64,000 nucleotides of DNA. Source: Azolla caroliniana. Taxonomy: Eukaryota > Plantae > Polypodiophyta. Below, one piece after another: positions 14,101-26,186 of this stretch (position 1 is its first letter; every line of letters starts with the position of its first letter). The stretch spans positions 5,270,001-5,334,000 of the forward strand of contig JBHGNT010000021.1 of assembly GCA_043228905.1 (NCBI GenBank), in the 5' to 3' direction. The notes below the pieces were generated by a model. The model was not told the origin of the DNA. It ran no database searches and worked only from the letters and a program-made list of their open reading frames with translations. Made by a program: the position numbers and the translations under genes.

Positions 14101-17100
14101 AGTTATTCTACATCTTTGATGCAAGCGTGAACCAAGCGATATTGATGATTGATGATAAAATATCAAGCTATGTTTGAGCATCTCCTATCACATCTCTTGG
14201 TTGAAAACTGAACCGATTGTTACACCAAGAAAGAGATTTGGTTGTGTTACGATTGAACTAACCTAGAATATTCGAGATAGTGTCATGCATGTGCATTCTA
14301 ATGTAGTTTTATCTTTCAATTATGAGAATACTCATAATGAATTAGGACCTAGGGTGCAAGTGTAAAAATAGGTGTCATGCATGTGCATTCTAATGTAGTT
14401 TTATCTTTCAATTATGAGAATACTCATAATGAATTAGGACATAAGATGGCTTTAGGACCTAGGGTGCAAGTGTAAAAATAGGTGTAGGTAACCTCGATAG
14501 GGAGAGAAAACAATCTTTTTCACAATGTCATTGAGACACTAGTGATCACATAAAACAATAGCGATTTGTGGATTTGCATGCAAGGTATGAGCTTAGGCAA
14601 TATTTTACAGTATGGTGTGCCGATGGTGTTTAGGATTTGTCTGAATTCCTTTGCTCATGTTAGTTGGGACGAAAAGTGCCCATAATCCATTTCATTCAAG
14701 AATTATGCAATATTTGCTTAATCATTGGTTCTATTTTTGAGCATTTCATTGAAGGTGAGTTATTCTACATCTTTGATGCAAGCGTGAACCAAGCGATATT
14801 GATGATTGATGATAAAATATCAAGCTATGTTTGAGCATCTCCTATCACATCTCTTGGTTGAAAACTGAACCGATTGTTACACCAAGAAAGAGATTTGGTT
14901 GTGTTACGATTGAACTAACCTAGAATATTCGAGATAGTGTCATGCATGTGCATTCTAATGTAGTTTTATCTTTCAATTATGAGAATACTCATAATGAATT
15001 AGGACCTAGGGTGCAAGTGTAAAAATAGGTGTCATGCATGTGCATTCTAATGTAGTTTTATCTTTCAATTATGAGAATACTCATAATGAATTAGGACATA
15101 AGATGGCTTTAGGACCTAGGGTGCAAGTGTAAAAATAGGTGTAGGTAACCTCGATAGGGAGAGAAAACAATCTTTTTCACAATGTCATTGAGACACTAGT
15201 GATCACATAAAACAATAGCGATTTGTGGATTTGCATGCAAGGTATGAGCTTAGGCAATATTTTACAGTATGGTGTGCCGATGGTGTTTAGGATTTGTCTG
15301 AATTCCTTTGCTCATGTTAGTTGGGACGAAAAGTGCCCATAATCCATTTCATTCAAGAATTATGCAATATTTGCTTAATCATTGGTTCTATTTTTGAGCA
15401 TTTCATTGAAGGTGAGTTATTCTACATCTTTGATGCAAGCGTGAACCAAGCGATATTGATGATTGATGATAAAATATCAAGCTATGTTTGAGCATCTCCT
15501 ATCACATCTCTTGGTTGAAAACTGAACCGATTGTTACACCAAGAAAGAGATTTGGTTGTGTTACGATTGAACTAACCTAGAATATTCGAGATAGTGTCAT
15601 GCATGTGCATTCTAATGTAGTTTTATCTTTCAATTATGAGAATACTCATAATGAATTAGGACCTAGGGTGCAAGTGTAAAAATAGGTGTCATGCATGTGC
15701 ATTCTAATGTAGTTTTATCTTTCAATTATGAGAATACTCATAATGAATTAGGACATAAGATGGCTTTAGGACCTAGGGTGCAAGTGTAAAAATAGGTGTA
15801 GGTAACCTCGATAGGGAGAGAAAACAATCTTTTTCACAATGTCATTGAGACACTAGTGATCACATAAAACAATAGCGATTTGTGGATTTGCATGCAAGGT
15901 ATGAGCTTAGGCAATATTTTACAGTATGGTGTGCCGATGGTGTTTAGGATTTGTCTGAATTCCTTTGCTCATGTTAGTTGGGACGAAAAGTGCCCATAAT
16001 CCATTTCATTCAAGAATTATGCAATATTTGCTTAATCATTGGTTCTATTTTTGAGCATTTCATTGAAGGTGAGTTATTCTACATCTTTGATGCAAGCGTG
16101 AACCAAGCGATATTGATGATTGATGATAAAATATCAAGCTATGTTTGAGCATCTCCTATCACATCTCTTGGTTGAAAACTGAACCGATTGTTACACCAAG
16201 AAAGAGATTTGGTTGTGTTACGATTGAACTAACCTAGAATATTCGAGATAGTGTCATGCATGTGCATTCTAATGTAGTTTTATCTTTCAATTATGAGAAT
16301 ACTCATAATGAATTAGGACCTAGGGTGCAAGTGTAAAAATAGGTGTCATGCATGTGCATTCTAATGTAGTTTTATCTTTCAATTATGAGAATACTCATAA
16401 TGAATTAGGACATAAGATGGCTTTAGGACCTAGGGTGCAAGTGTAAAAATAGGTGTAGGTAACCTCGATAGGGAGAGAAAACAATCTTTTTCACAATGTC
16501 ATTGAGACACTAGTGATCACATAAAACAATAGCGATTTGTGGATTTGCATGCAAGGTATGAGCTTAGGCAATATTTTACAGTATGGTGTGCCGATGGTGT
16601 TTAGGATTTGTCTGAATTCCTTTGCTCATGTTAGTTGGGACGAAAAGTGCCCATAATCCATTTCATTCAAGAATTATGCAATATTTGCTTAATCATTGGT
16701 TCTATTTTTGAGCATTTCATTGAAGGTGAGTTATTCTACATCTTTGATGCAAGCGTGAACCAAGCGATATTGATGATTGATGATAAAATATCAAGCTATG
16801 TTTGAGCATCTCCTATCACATCTCTTGGTTGAAAACTGAACCGATTGTTACACCAAGAAAGAGATTTGGTTGTGTTACGATTGAACTAACCTAGAATATT
16901 CGAGATAGTGTCATGCATGTGCATTCTAATGTAGTTTTATCTTTCAATTATGAGAATACTCATAATGAATTAGGACCTAGGGTGCAAGTGTAAAAATAGG
17001 TGTCATGCATGTGCATTCTAATGTAGTTTTATCTTTCAATTATGAGAATACTCATAATGAATTAGGACATAAGATGGCTTTAGGACCTAGGGTGCAAGTG

Positions 17101-18286
17101 TAAAAATAGGTGTAGGTAACCTCGATAGGGAGAGAAAACAATCTTTTTCACAATGTCATTGAGACACTAGTGATCACATAAAACAATAGCGATTTGTGGA
17201 TTTGCATGCAAGGTATGAGCTTAGGCAATATTTTACAGTATGGTGTGCCGATGGTGTTTAGGATTTGTCTGAATTCCTTTGCTCATGTTAGTTGGGACGA
17301 AAAGTGCCCATAATCCATTTCATTCAAGAATTATGCAATATTTGCTTAATCATTGGTTCTATTTTTGAGCATTTCATTGAAGGTGAGTTATTCTACATCT
17401 TTGATGCAAGCGTGAACCAAGCGATATTGATGATTGATGATAAAATATCAAGCTATGTTTGAGCATCTCCTATCACATCTCTTGGTTGAAAACTGAACCG
17501 ATTGTTACACCAAGAAAGAGATTTGGTTGTGTTACGATTGAACTAACCTAGAATATTCGAGATAGTGTCATGCATGTGCATTCTAATGTAGTTTTATCTT
17601 TCAATTATGAGAATACTCATAATGAATTAGGACCTAGGGTGCAAGTGTAAAAATAGGTGTCATGCATGTGCATTCTAATGTAGTTTTATCTTTCAATTAT
17701 GAGAATACTCATAATGAATTAGGACATAAGATGGCTTTAGGACCTAGGGTGCAAGTGTAAAAATAGGTGTAGGTAACCTCGATAGGGAGAGAAAACAATC
17801 TTTTTCACAATGTCATTGAGACACTAGTGATCACATAAAACAATAGCGATTTGTGGATTTGCATGCAAGGTATGAGCTTAGGCAATATTTTACAGTATGG
17901 TGTGCCGATGGTGTTTAGGATTTGTCTGAATTCCTTTGCTCATGTTAGTTGGGACGAAAAGTGCCCATAATCCATTTCATTCAAGAATTATGCAATATTT
18001 GCTTAATCATTGGTTCTATTTTTGAGCATTTCATTGAAGGTGAGTTATTCTACATCTTTGATGCAAGCGTGAACCAAGCGATATTGATGATTGATGATAA
18101 AATATCAAGCTATGTTTGAGCATCTCCTATCACATCTCTTGGTTGAAAACTGAACCGATTGTTACACCAAGAAAGAGATTTGGTTGTGTTACGATTGAAC
18201 TAACCTAGAATATTCGAGATAGTGTCATGCATGTGCATTCTAATGTAGTTTTATCTTTCAATTATGAGAATACTCATAATGAATTA
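11154..18286. repeat. Tandem array of a 657-bp unit, 10 full copies plus a final copy lacking the linker
   Basis: atggctttaggacctagggtgc recurs at 11161, 11818, 12475 ... 17731 with an exact 657-bp period; no differences between copies seen by eye; no ORF of 60 aa or more in the track. Confidence 0.97.
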
Positions 18287-18601
18287 TGCACGATTGATAT
18301 CAATGCAAACGCAACTAGGTGTACGAGAAGAGTGATGATCTAGTTCATGACATAATGAGTTCAAATAACATGGTGTCTACGGACATGGGAAAACAAAGTT
18401 ATGAAGAAAGTATGATACGCTCATCGTACACTAGGGACACCTTAACATCTTTCGGGCGGTCATATATGTCCCCAAAGAATGATCTATTTATTCAAATGTA
18501 GCAAATTGATGAATCATATGGGATAGAAAAGAATTGCTATAATTTTAGGTGTGATTGATATAAATTGTTCCCATCATATCTTTCACTTGTTCAGTACAAA
18601 T

Positions 18602-18652
18602 CAGAGCAAGAGCAAGAGCAAGAGCAAGAACAGAACAGAACAGAACAGAACA
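18602..18652 (+). repeat. (GAGCAA)n and (CAGAA)n microsatellites in the probable 5' leader
   Basis: Directly visible; a second (CAGAA)n tract lies at about 18756-18781. Confidence 0.85.
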
Positions 18653-18887
18653 GGAGCCATGGCTTCCCCTGCCTTTTCATCTTTCTAGAGTTCGTTCACA
18701 GAACTGAACAAATCAATGGTTCCTTCATCGCCCTCATCTTTCTAAGGTTTGGTCACAGAACAGAACAGAACAGAACAGAACGGAGAAGAGCTGGTTAAAT
18801 CTTCATTGTTGTCATCTTCCTAGCATTTGCCACGCAGGGAAAAGAGGAAAGAAACTTGATAAACCAGAAAAGAAGAGGAAAACAGAG

Positions 18888-20219
18888 ATGGGTTTCTCCT
18901 TTCCATCCTCATCGATTCCTCTTTCTCTCATCTTCACCTTATTGCTGAGAATATCTTTGTTCCCTGATCCATGCTTGGGCGAGATAAAAGACCTAGTTTT
19001 CAAGGCAGAAACAAGACCCATCATTCTCTTCGAGAAGTTCGGTTTCACACTCCGTGGACATGCTAACATCTCCATTGATCTTGAATCATCGGATCGACCC
19101 GCAGATCCAACAGCACTCGGTTTCCTTCTTGCCACCGATGATGCCTTAGTACAAGTAGTTCTTGAATATGAGCATTCTGAGGTATGCATTCTTCGAAACC
19201 CTATTGTTCGCTTACTTTTCACATTCAACGAAATTGATCCAAAATCAAATAAGCTTTCTCGGTTGTTCCCCATCAATGATGCGAATGAATATGGTCTCTA
19301 CTTTGCAAATTGTGGTCGGAAAAACATGGCATCATTTCATGTAAAAACGGAGCTTTATAACCTGGAAGATGGAGACTCTAATACCAAAGACTATTTGCCA
19401 GCTGGGCAAACAAAGCTTCCGTTGGTTTTCCTCACGTTTTTCTTCATATATCTTTGCCTTGTTTTCATATGGGCATGGGTCTGCTTCAAGAACAAGGGTT
19501 TAGTTCACACAATCCATTTGTTGATGGGTGTTCTTTTATGTGTAAAAGCCATGGATTTGCTCTCAGAAGCTGAAGATAAGCTTCATATCAAGTCTACTGG
19601 ATCTCCACATGGATGGGACGTGGCATTTTATGTATTTAGTTTCTTGAAAGGCATCATGCTCTTCATTGTGATAGTGCTTATTGGCACTGGCTGGACAATT
19701 TTGAAGCCCTTTTTGCAAGATAAAGAGAAAAAGATCCTCATGATAGTAATACCACTTCAAGTCTTATCGAACATAGCAAGTGTTGTGATCGATGAGACTG
19801 GTCCTTTTGCTAAGGACTGGGTCACATGGAAACAACTTCTTCTTGTTATTGACCTCACATGTTGCTGTGCCGTCATCTTCCCAATAATGTGGTCTATTCG
19901 GGACTTGAAAAAAGCCTCCCATTCAGATGGAAAAGCCGCCCGGACATTAGCTAAACTTACCCTTTTCCGGCAATACTACATTGTGCTATTTATGTATATC
20001 TACTTTACGAGAGTAGTAGTCTTTGCTCTCACAACTGTAACTAGTTACAAATATAGATGGGTCAGTGATTGTGCTGCTGAGGTAGTGAGTCTTGCTTTCT
20101 ATCTTTTCACTGGTTTCAAGTTCAGTCCAGGTGATAGTAACCCTTATCTTGCTATAGAAGATGAAGAAGAAGAAGCAGCTGCTAAAGAAGCTCTAAATAT
20201 GGATGATTTTGAGCTTTAA
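18888..20219 (+). CDS. GPR107/GPR108-like lung seven-transmembrane receptor family protein (CAND6/CAND7-like), intronless, 443 aa
   Basis: N-terminal signal peptide; RPIILFEKFGF, EYGLYFANC, DYLPAGQTKLP, IVLIGTGWTILKPFLQDKEKK, SDGKAARTLAKLTLFRQYY and a C-terminal DDFEL, all typical of the plant family; seven hydrophobic segments. Confidence 0.93.
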   Translation: MGFSFPSSSIPLSLIFTLLLRISLFPDPCLGEIKDLVFKAETRPIILFEKFGFTLRGHANISIDLESSDRPADPTALGFLLATDDALVQVVLEYEHSEVCILRNPIVRLLFTFNEIDPKSNKLSRLFPINDANEYGLYFANCGRKNMASFHVKTELYNLEDGDSNTKDYLPAGQTKLPLVFLTFFFIYLCLVFIWAWVCFKNKGLVHTIHLLMGVLLCVKAMDLLSEAEDKLHIKSTGSPHGWDVAFYVFSFLKGIMLFIVIVLIGTGWTILKPFLQDKEKKILMIVIPLQVLSNIASVVIDETGPFAKDWVTWKQLLLVIDLTCCCAVIFPIMWSIRDLKKASHSDGKAARTLAKLTLFRQYYIVLFMYIYFTRVVVFALTTVTSYKYRWVSDCAAEVVSLAFYLFTGFKFSPGDSNPYLAIEDEEEEAAAKEALNMDDFEL

Positions 20220-22230
20220 AATTTGGAAGATACTTTCATTATGGGTGATGTTTGAGCTTTAAATTTGAGAAGATACTTTCTACGGATGTATGTGTGGCAA
20301 AAATCATGCAAATATGGTTACACTTTGGATTCACTTGCTTGAAGAGATTATGCGCTTTGTAAATCAGTCTCTCCATGTGCCTTTGCGTGTTATAAATAAC
20401 TAGAAACCAAAAAAAATCTGTTTTTCAAGGATTTGTTACAATCCAGTTGTAATTGTTTTACTATTCCTTTCCACTTTTGCTGATTGAAGTAATTTATGGC
20501 TTTCTGGCTTAGTCATAGTTTAAATCACAATTAGCACACATGGCAGAGGAATGCCAGAGAAGAATATACAATATGGAAGGCTTTTTAACATGAAAAAGTG
20601 GTTGAAGTAAATTATGGCTGTGTGGATTACTTGTACTTGAAATGACAATTAGCATATGCGGTAGAGGAATGCAAGACAAGATTATTCAATATGGAAGATT
20701 TTCTACCATGAAAAAAAACTTTTTTTAGCAATAATTAGGTTTGAGATGATAAAACAAAGTGGTTATGTGGTCATTTTTTGGGTACAGAACTAGTTAGTGT
20801 ACTAAATAAATAGCCATGGAAGACTAGAGTTTTAAAAGGCATGCTGGATGAGTTTTATGTGGCAACCACTTGGGTATGAGGTGACTAGGTGCCAACAAAA
20901 TGGTGTACAAGTTTGGGGGAAAAAAATCCTCAAAGAGCAAAACATCATTCTCTTCAATGTTCATGTCAGGAAGATAGTAAAGAAGACATTATATGTCAGT
21001 GGTGTTTTCTATGTGGATAACTCAAGACATATAGGTGGATTATTAAGGAGAAGAATGTCCAAATGGTATACAAATTTAGTTAACATAGGAGCTTGAGATT
21101 TAACTGCAGATGTCAAGCATGAAATCACCATAGTTAGATTAATATCAAAACACAAATTGGGTATATGATTGAACCTTAATCTAGAAGAGATTTGAAGGCG
21201 CTCAATAATGTGGTATGCTGTAAAGTTTTTGTGCAGGTGTTGTTTTTTGTACACAACATGGTTCCCTCATATAGGATTACATATGCCAATAGGTGAACCT
21301 CCTTCAAGAGTATGTATATTGTTTGATTATTGTCATCATGAATCCTACGAATCTATTGTTGGGTGGTGATTTATTTCCCCATCTTTATTTGAAATGATTA
21401 TCTTGTTTTTCATGATTTCTATTGATATAACTATTCCTTCCCATATTTTTTGTGGGGATTAATTTCTGCCCCTTGTATCCTCAATGCAAAGCCTTAATTA
21501 TATACTTGGTAGAAGCCTAAATTATTATAATTATGGATAGTCAATTTGCTTTATATCCATGATCGCCCCTAAGTTTTTGTTTTTTCCCCAAATGCCCTGA
21601 ATAAACCTCTGGAATATTTATTCTTTCTAGGTTTGACATGGGCAATAATAATAAATGTAAGGGGTATTTCAGAAAATAAAAGGAAACACAAGAATATTTT
21701 GGAGTCATTGCCTTGAAAAAACCACATTTGGGCTTGATTCTTCTATACTTGCAACAAAAGGATGTTATTTGTGAAAGATACACACACCATGTGTCATAAT
21801 CTTGTTTACATGGAAATCCTATGTTTTGAAACCTAGGTGGGGGTTAATTTATTCTCATGAGTAACATTAATCAATGTATTTTCGGAAACCTAATAAGCAT
21901 ATCCTTAACTACCCATTGTGTAGAATACCTTATTTTTACTACATTTTTTACAATATGTACATGTGCGCCATACACGCATCTATATACAAAGTATTACAGA
22001 CAACAATCCATATTCTAAACATGTTTTGCTCCCCTCATCCATATTTAAGCATTCGAATATCTTCATGATTTTGATAATTTCATAAGGTTTTTTCATGTCA
22101 ATAATGTTTCTAGTGAATTCTTCTTTTCAATCTCATAAACTCTTGTAGTAGCATATTATAAATGTATATATATGCATGCTACATCTTAAAATTCACAAGC
22201 ACATATCAATGGACATGAGAACAACATGTA

Positions 22231-22709
22231 CACCCCTCCTCAAATTCATACATCCATGCTGTCATGGATGATTTGATTATAAGTGAAATGTGTACTTCTC
22301 TATAAATTGCATAAGAAACCTTGGAAAGGAATCATTTATATATAGAAATATCTTGGTATCAAGCATTGAAGGTGGTTAATGTTAGACATCAAAGCCCTAG
22401 AAGGAACAAGAGCACAATGAAAAAGAGCTCAGTCACGAGCATGAAAATTCTGAATTGCAAATGCATTGCAAAAACACCCATCCTCAAATTCATACATCCA
22501 TGTAGTCATGGATGATTTGATTATAAGTGAAATGTGTACTTCTCTATAAATTGCATAAGAAACCTCGGAAAGGAATCATTTATATATGGAAATATCTTGA
22601 TATCAAGCAAGCATTGAAGGTGGTTAATGTTAGACATCAAAGCCCTAGAAGGAACAAGAGCACAATGAAAAAGAGCTCCGTCACGAGCATGAAAATTCGG
22701 AATTGCAAA
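22231..22709. repeat. Tandem duplication, 2 x about 244 bp
   Basis: tcctcaaattcatacatccatg at 22237 and 22481, with similarity continuing to gaattgcaaa. Confidence 0.9.
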
Positions 22710-24221
22710 ATAAAAGCATCTCTCATTGTATGTCATTGTTTTTCTAACACATTACTTGAAGCCAACCCAAACCAACACCCCACACACAGGAGAATATGTT
22801 GAACTCTTGGGATTACCACCCCTGCTTAACACATATAGTCCTATCTTATTTGAATTGCCATTTTGAAAATGTGCGCTTTTCTGACACATTATATTCAATT
22901 CTCAATTGAGAGAATACAATGTGCCATTTATACCACACCGAGCTCTATTCTTATCAACCAATTTTCCTCCTACATTGCATGCTAGGTTGACATGGAGATT
23001 TTGGCAATTTCAAGGTTTCAAAAATGAACCTATCTTTTCCAAAAACGCCGAATTTTGAATACCTATTACTTAGCTCACTACGATAACATGGAAATATGTC
23101 ATTGAAATATGCATAAATATATATATGTGGGGGGATATCAATGTCCTCGAAATATGAAACAATACATGTGAGTGGTGACCTTACTACATTGGTACATGTA
23201 TTCACAGCTCTCTCATGAATGAATGAAGATTAGTAGCCACATTATTCCAACACTAAGCAATAGAATTGCACACATCACCATTTGATATCATGCACATGAC
23301 TCTCTCTCTCTCTCTCTTGTGAACTAACCACATATCTACATCTATCTATGTAGTATGTATTCTTTATCAAATTATGGCATGCTTTCATGTTCTCCTAATA
23401 AAGCAATACATTCCTTTTGTTATTGGCATCATCTATGGGTTAAATTTGCGTATCTTACAATAGATGTTGCCTTCGACAAAGAAAGAACATCAAAAGCATT
23501 TCTTCATGAAAACAATACTCTACGTGGACATACATTTTATGTATATGTCGATATATGCACATTATAGATCATTGGATCATGATGGAAATAATTATTAGGA
23601 ATGGCATGAAAATACAATCCACACAATAGTTCAAATGTATATCTCGATTCAGCATGTTGGCAGTTATAAGAGACCATGAATTAGAGGGTCTTTCATTGAT
23701 CATGACATCAATTTAACAAGAACATTTGAAGAAGTATGTACACAAACACGAACAACAACAACAAAAATTACAAGCAAATGCTTTTTTCTAATATTCTCTC
23801 CTTTTGTCCTCAACAAAAGCGGTACAAGAGAAGGTGGTATGGTTTGGCCGTGAAGAGAAAAATAAAAGTCCTAATATAAGAGGTGTAAAATATACATACT
23901 ATAAATCCATGTGATTTCTCTTCCTATAGCTAAGGTCTAGTTGGTAGTATCATAAGTTAGTGTTATCAAACTTTGCATGCAAAGTTCAACCAAATGGTTA
24001 ATGGAATTTGTTGATCCCCTTTCTCACAAAATGTAATCTCTACTACAATTAGTGCTACTTCTATTAATAGAGACATACCCCATCTAGTATGGACAATGGC
24101 TCTCCCATAATCTACTAGGAATCCGATACCCTAAGTGTCGACCGGGCCCAACATTGCGCCTCTGGTACAAAACCACTAGAAACACACACCTCAACTTATC
24201 CGGCCTGCCTAAACCACGGTG

Positions 24222-24316
24222 ATTTGTACATAACTCCAAATATCCTTGGCCTTATATAGCCCTAGGGGACATTTGTACATAACTCCAAATATTCTTGGCC
24301 TTATATAGCCCTAGGT
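24222..24316. repeat. Tandem duplication, 2 x 49 bp
   Basis: atttgtacataactccaaatat(c/t)cttggccttatatagccctagg at 24222 and 24271. Confidence 0.85.
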
Positions 24317-24617
24317 ATCGAGACATGTGCCGCTAGAGATTGGACGTATGCATACATCAAATTATCGGACGAATGTCAGTGTCGTGTCGTGTGCTTCTAC
24401 TAGAATAAACACGACACTGATCCGGCATTCACAATTCGGAGGGACAACCACTAGAAACATGATAGGTACCCGCATCGACAACTACGCATGTTCCAATTCT
24501 ATTAGAAACATTACCCCCGGTGATTCGATGCAAGTGGATACCAAGATATAAACACTCCGCCATCTCGTAAACACATGACCAACTAGATTAATCATAAATT
24601 GGTCATGTGGAATATAT

Positions 24618-25479
24618 TTAGCTAGATATGTCATTACTTATTGGATTAGGACCTGATGGCACTTCATGAAGTATGAGGCGGCTTCGAGCTCGACCCGCCC
24701 CCGTCCGCCGCCGCCGCCACCACCACCACATATATTGGTTGTAGCGTTTACTATGTTTATCCGAAACCATGTCATGTTTTGCTTCAAAGATCTTCATCCG
24801 GATATCCAACCATATACTTGATAATCTATTGATTGATGATGGCTTTGTGTTTTGTCTCACATTCTTCCATAACTTCTTTAATCTCATTATTCCATTATTG
24901 TTGTCATCATCATGAATGTATACCTTTCGATGATATACTGATTTGTCATAGTAATTGTTGTTGTTGTTGTTGTTGTCGATCGATCGATGACTTTGCCCCT
25001 TGATATGGCTAGATTGATGTAACAATATGTCGATATCATGATCATGATCTGTCATTGAACATATTTAAGAAACAAAAAATGAAAATCACATATATGCATG
25101 TATAAAGTAAAATCATTACGTATGGGAAGAATCCATGGCATTAAATCAAATTACATGATTGATCTGGAAGGACCACATTCTCTACCGAAGGAGGAGGGGG
25201 AGGAGAGAGATTCGAACAATGATGCACAGCAGGATTGACTGCAGCGTTATGGGCAGGGGGAGGGGATGAATGGTCGTCGGCATAAGGAAGCGGAGCGTGA
25301 CGGATGGCATGGATGGAGATCGAGGAGCAATGGATTGTGGGGATTAAACTGAGGATTATGATGAATGGTAGGACAAACAAGTCAGGTTTGACGGAATCAT
25401 GGATCAATTTAGAAGGATGGGAAGGAGGAGCAGAAGCAGAAGAAGGAGAAGGAGATTGTAATGGCTTCATGCAGTGCAT
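24618..25479 (-). CDS. CLE peptide precursor of the TDIF (CLE41/44) type, 2 coding exons, about 251 aa
   Basis: C-terminal HEVPSGPNPISN equals the TDIF dodecapeptide. Exon 1 (25479-25155) carries the hydrophobic LFVLPFIIILSLIPTIHC. A phase-1 intron 25154-25049 (T/GTAATT...tgacAG/AT) joins it in frame to exon 2 (25048-24618). Confidence 0.85.
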
Positions 25480-25654
25480 CGATGGTTTCTTGAATTCATA
25501 CTCAAATTCTGTGTCAGATCCCGAGTCTCTGCAAATATATATAATGTTATGTATACATGTGTGTTATATGTATATATATATATATATATGCATATTTGTG
25601 AAGTATTAACTAATTAGTGAGGAAGAACATGTTTGGATGGGGATCATATACATG

Positions 25655-25965
25655 CATACATACATACATACATACATACATACATACATACATACATAAT
25701 ATGTAAGGAAGGATACATGGTCTCATTAAGAGGTAATAGTAGTAGTATTTAGTAGTAGTATATAATAGTAGTAGGTAGTAGTTAGTAGTAGTTAGTAGTA
25801 GTAGCTGCTATAACATGAAGAGAAGTATGTATGTCTCTTCCTTTATTGGTTGGTTTCTCTTGGGGGGGATGGAGGGGGGCATCATATATAGTTAAAGCAA
25901 AACCCCTAGTTTAAGTAAGGGTTGGGGAGGAGGGGTAGAGTTAGAGAATACTAAAAACCTCCATT

Positions 25966-26049
<84 letters not shown>

Positions 26050-26186
26050 AGGGGTAGAGTTAGAGAATACCAAAAACCACCATTTACTACTACTACTACT
26101 ACTACTACTACTACAGGGGTAGAGGTAGAGAATACTAAAAACCACCATTTACTACTACTACTACTAGTAGTAGTAATAGTAGTAGT
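25655..26186. repeat. Microsatellite cluster: (ATAC)n, degenerate (TAG)n and (TAC)n tracts embedded in a 3-copy repeat
   Basis: (CATA)n at 25655-25697; TAG-rich at 25735-25804; unit ggggtagagttagagaatactaaaaaccaccattt+(ACT)n at about 25932, 26051 and 26116. Confidence 0.9.

Noticed and set aside
11154-18286. CRISPR array or 5S rDNA/tRNA gene array
   Set aside because: Units are identical with no variable spacers, the context is eukaryotic, and I recognised no 5S or tRNA sequence in the unit.
25480-25650. Additional upstream coding exon of the CLE gene
   Set aside because: A plausible acceptor at about 25529 leaves the frame open, but I found no upstream ATG and donor in compatible phase; probably UTR.
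25951-26148. Poly-Val/poly-Ser ORF
   Set aside because: Translation of the (TAC)n microsatellite.
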